Shown here in pieces: positions 54,971 to 55,622 of a stretch of DNA of 55,622 nt (position 1 is its first letter; each line of letters starts with the position of its first letter). Below the pieces are notes generated by a model. It was not told the origin of the DNA. It saw only the letters and a list, made by a program, of their open reading frames with translations, and ran no database searches. Both the position numbers and the translations under genes were made by a program. The DNA lies in assembly GCA_032718475.1 (NCBI GenBank), contig JAUCBJ010006374.1, positions 1 to 55,622 of the forward strand, read 5' to 3'. This stretch comes from Nemertoderma westbladi (Eukaryota; Animalia; Xenacoelomorpha).

Positions 54971-55622
54971 GACGATCTTTATACAGTTATAACTATGCGA
55001 AGTTTCGAAACTGTGCGAGTAACTGTTGATACATCTATGTGGATATGTGTGATATGTGGAGATGTGTGATACAACGCCAACGCATCTTATGCCGATGTAG
55101 TAATATGGGTATTGAAATAATATTAAATTAATGTACACTCTTAAAGCTGCAGCGAAAAAATGTAGCTAATTTCCTAGGTTACATATAAAATAATAATATT
55201 ATTTTTAAGAACATTAATTTTACTACTTTGCAAAAATTCAATTAAAAAATAACCAGACATAGATAAACTATTTCAGAAGCCTACACAACAGCCATGCCAT
55301 GGATAGTATTTATGTTATGATATCTGTCATTCACCTGAGATAGCAATACAACATTTATAGTGAATTTAAAGAATGCTGTCTGGGCTGGAATAGCAATGCT
55401 GGTTGTCTATTACTATTCCTCTCTGGTTAGTCTTAGCAACAACTCCCAGCCAGCAGCAGAGACTTGACCAATTAATCATTCCCAGCAACTGGGAATGACA
55501 CACACATCCCATCTATGTACCAGCATGTTGGCCAATAAATGAGCAGTATTTAATGAGAATAAATTTTTTTTGCCGTTTTAATTACTTTAGATCAATTAAA
55601 GACACAATTATTAAAGCAAATC

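Noticed and set aside
55476-55498. Perfect 10-bp hairpin TCATTCCCAG-CAA-CTGGGAATGA
   Set aside because: Isolated, with no supporting context; not a terminator in a eukaryotic intergenic region.

Overview
AT-rich eukaryotic (metazoan-type) genomic DNA, with no prokaryotic operons or CRISPR. The window holds one apparently complete minus-strand gene, which I reconstructed by hand as six phase-compatible GT-AG coding exons: 53129-53108, 46275-46138, 45831-45680, 42147-41988, 40250-40133 and a giant terminal exon 39819-1170 (38,650 bp). The 39,240-nt CDS encodes about 13,079 aa (about 1.3-1.4 MDa): a signal peptide, a divergent four-bladed hemopexin-like head of about 220 aa, 263 tandem acidic 44-aa EGF modules lacking the calcium-binding consensus (132-bp DNA repeat), and 31 mostly calcium-binding EGF modules (495-bp tetramer repeat), then a stop. 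I see no TM, GPI, ZP, TB or protease domain. A hemopexin head on about 294 EGF modules, all in one exon, matches no protein I recognise (not fibrillin, dumpy, Notch or an MMP) and is the main candidate for an undescribed system. The introns and 5' flank contain a tRNA/CORE-like SINE, a 41-bp palindromic G-rich minisatellite, a Helitron-like element, a foldback element with a 1.9-kb (GACT)n expansion, a decayed RTE-like LINE and a decayed DD37E Tc1/mariner-superfamily transposon. No database searches were run; family names come from motif recognition.
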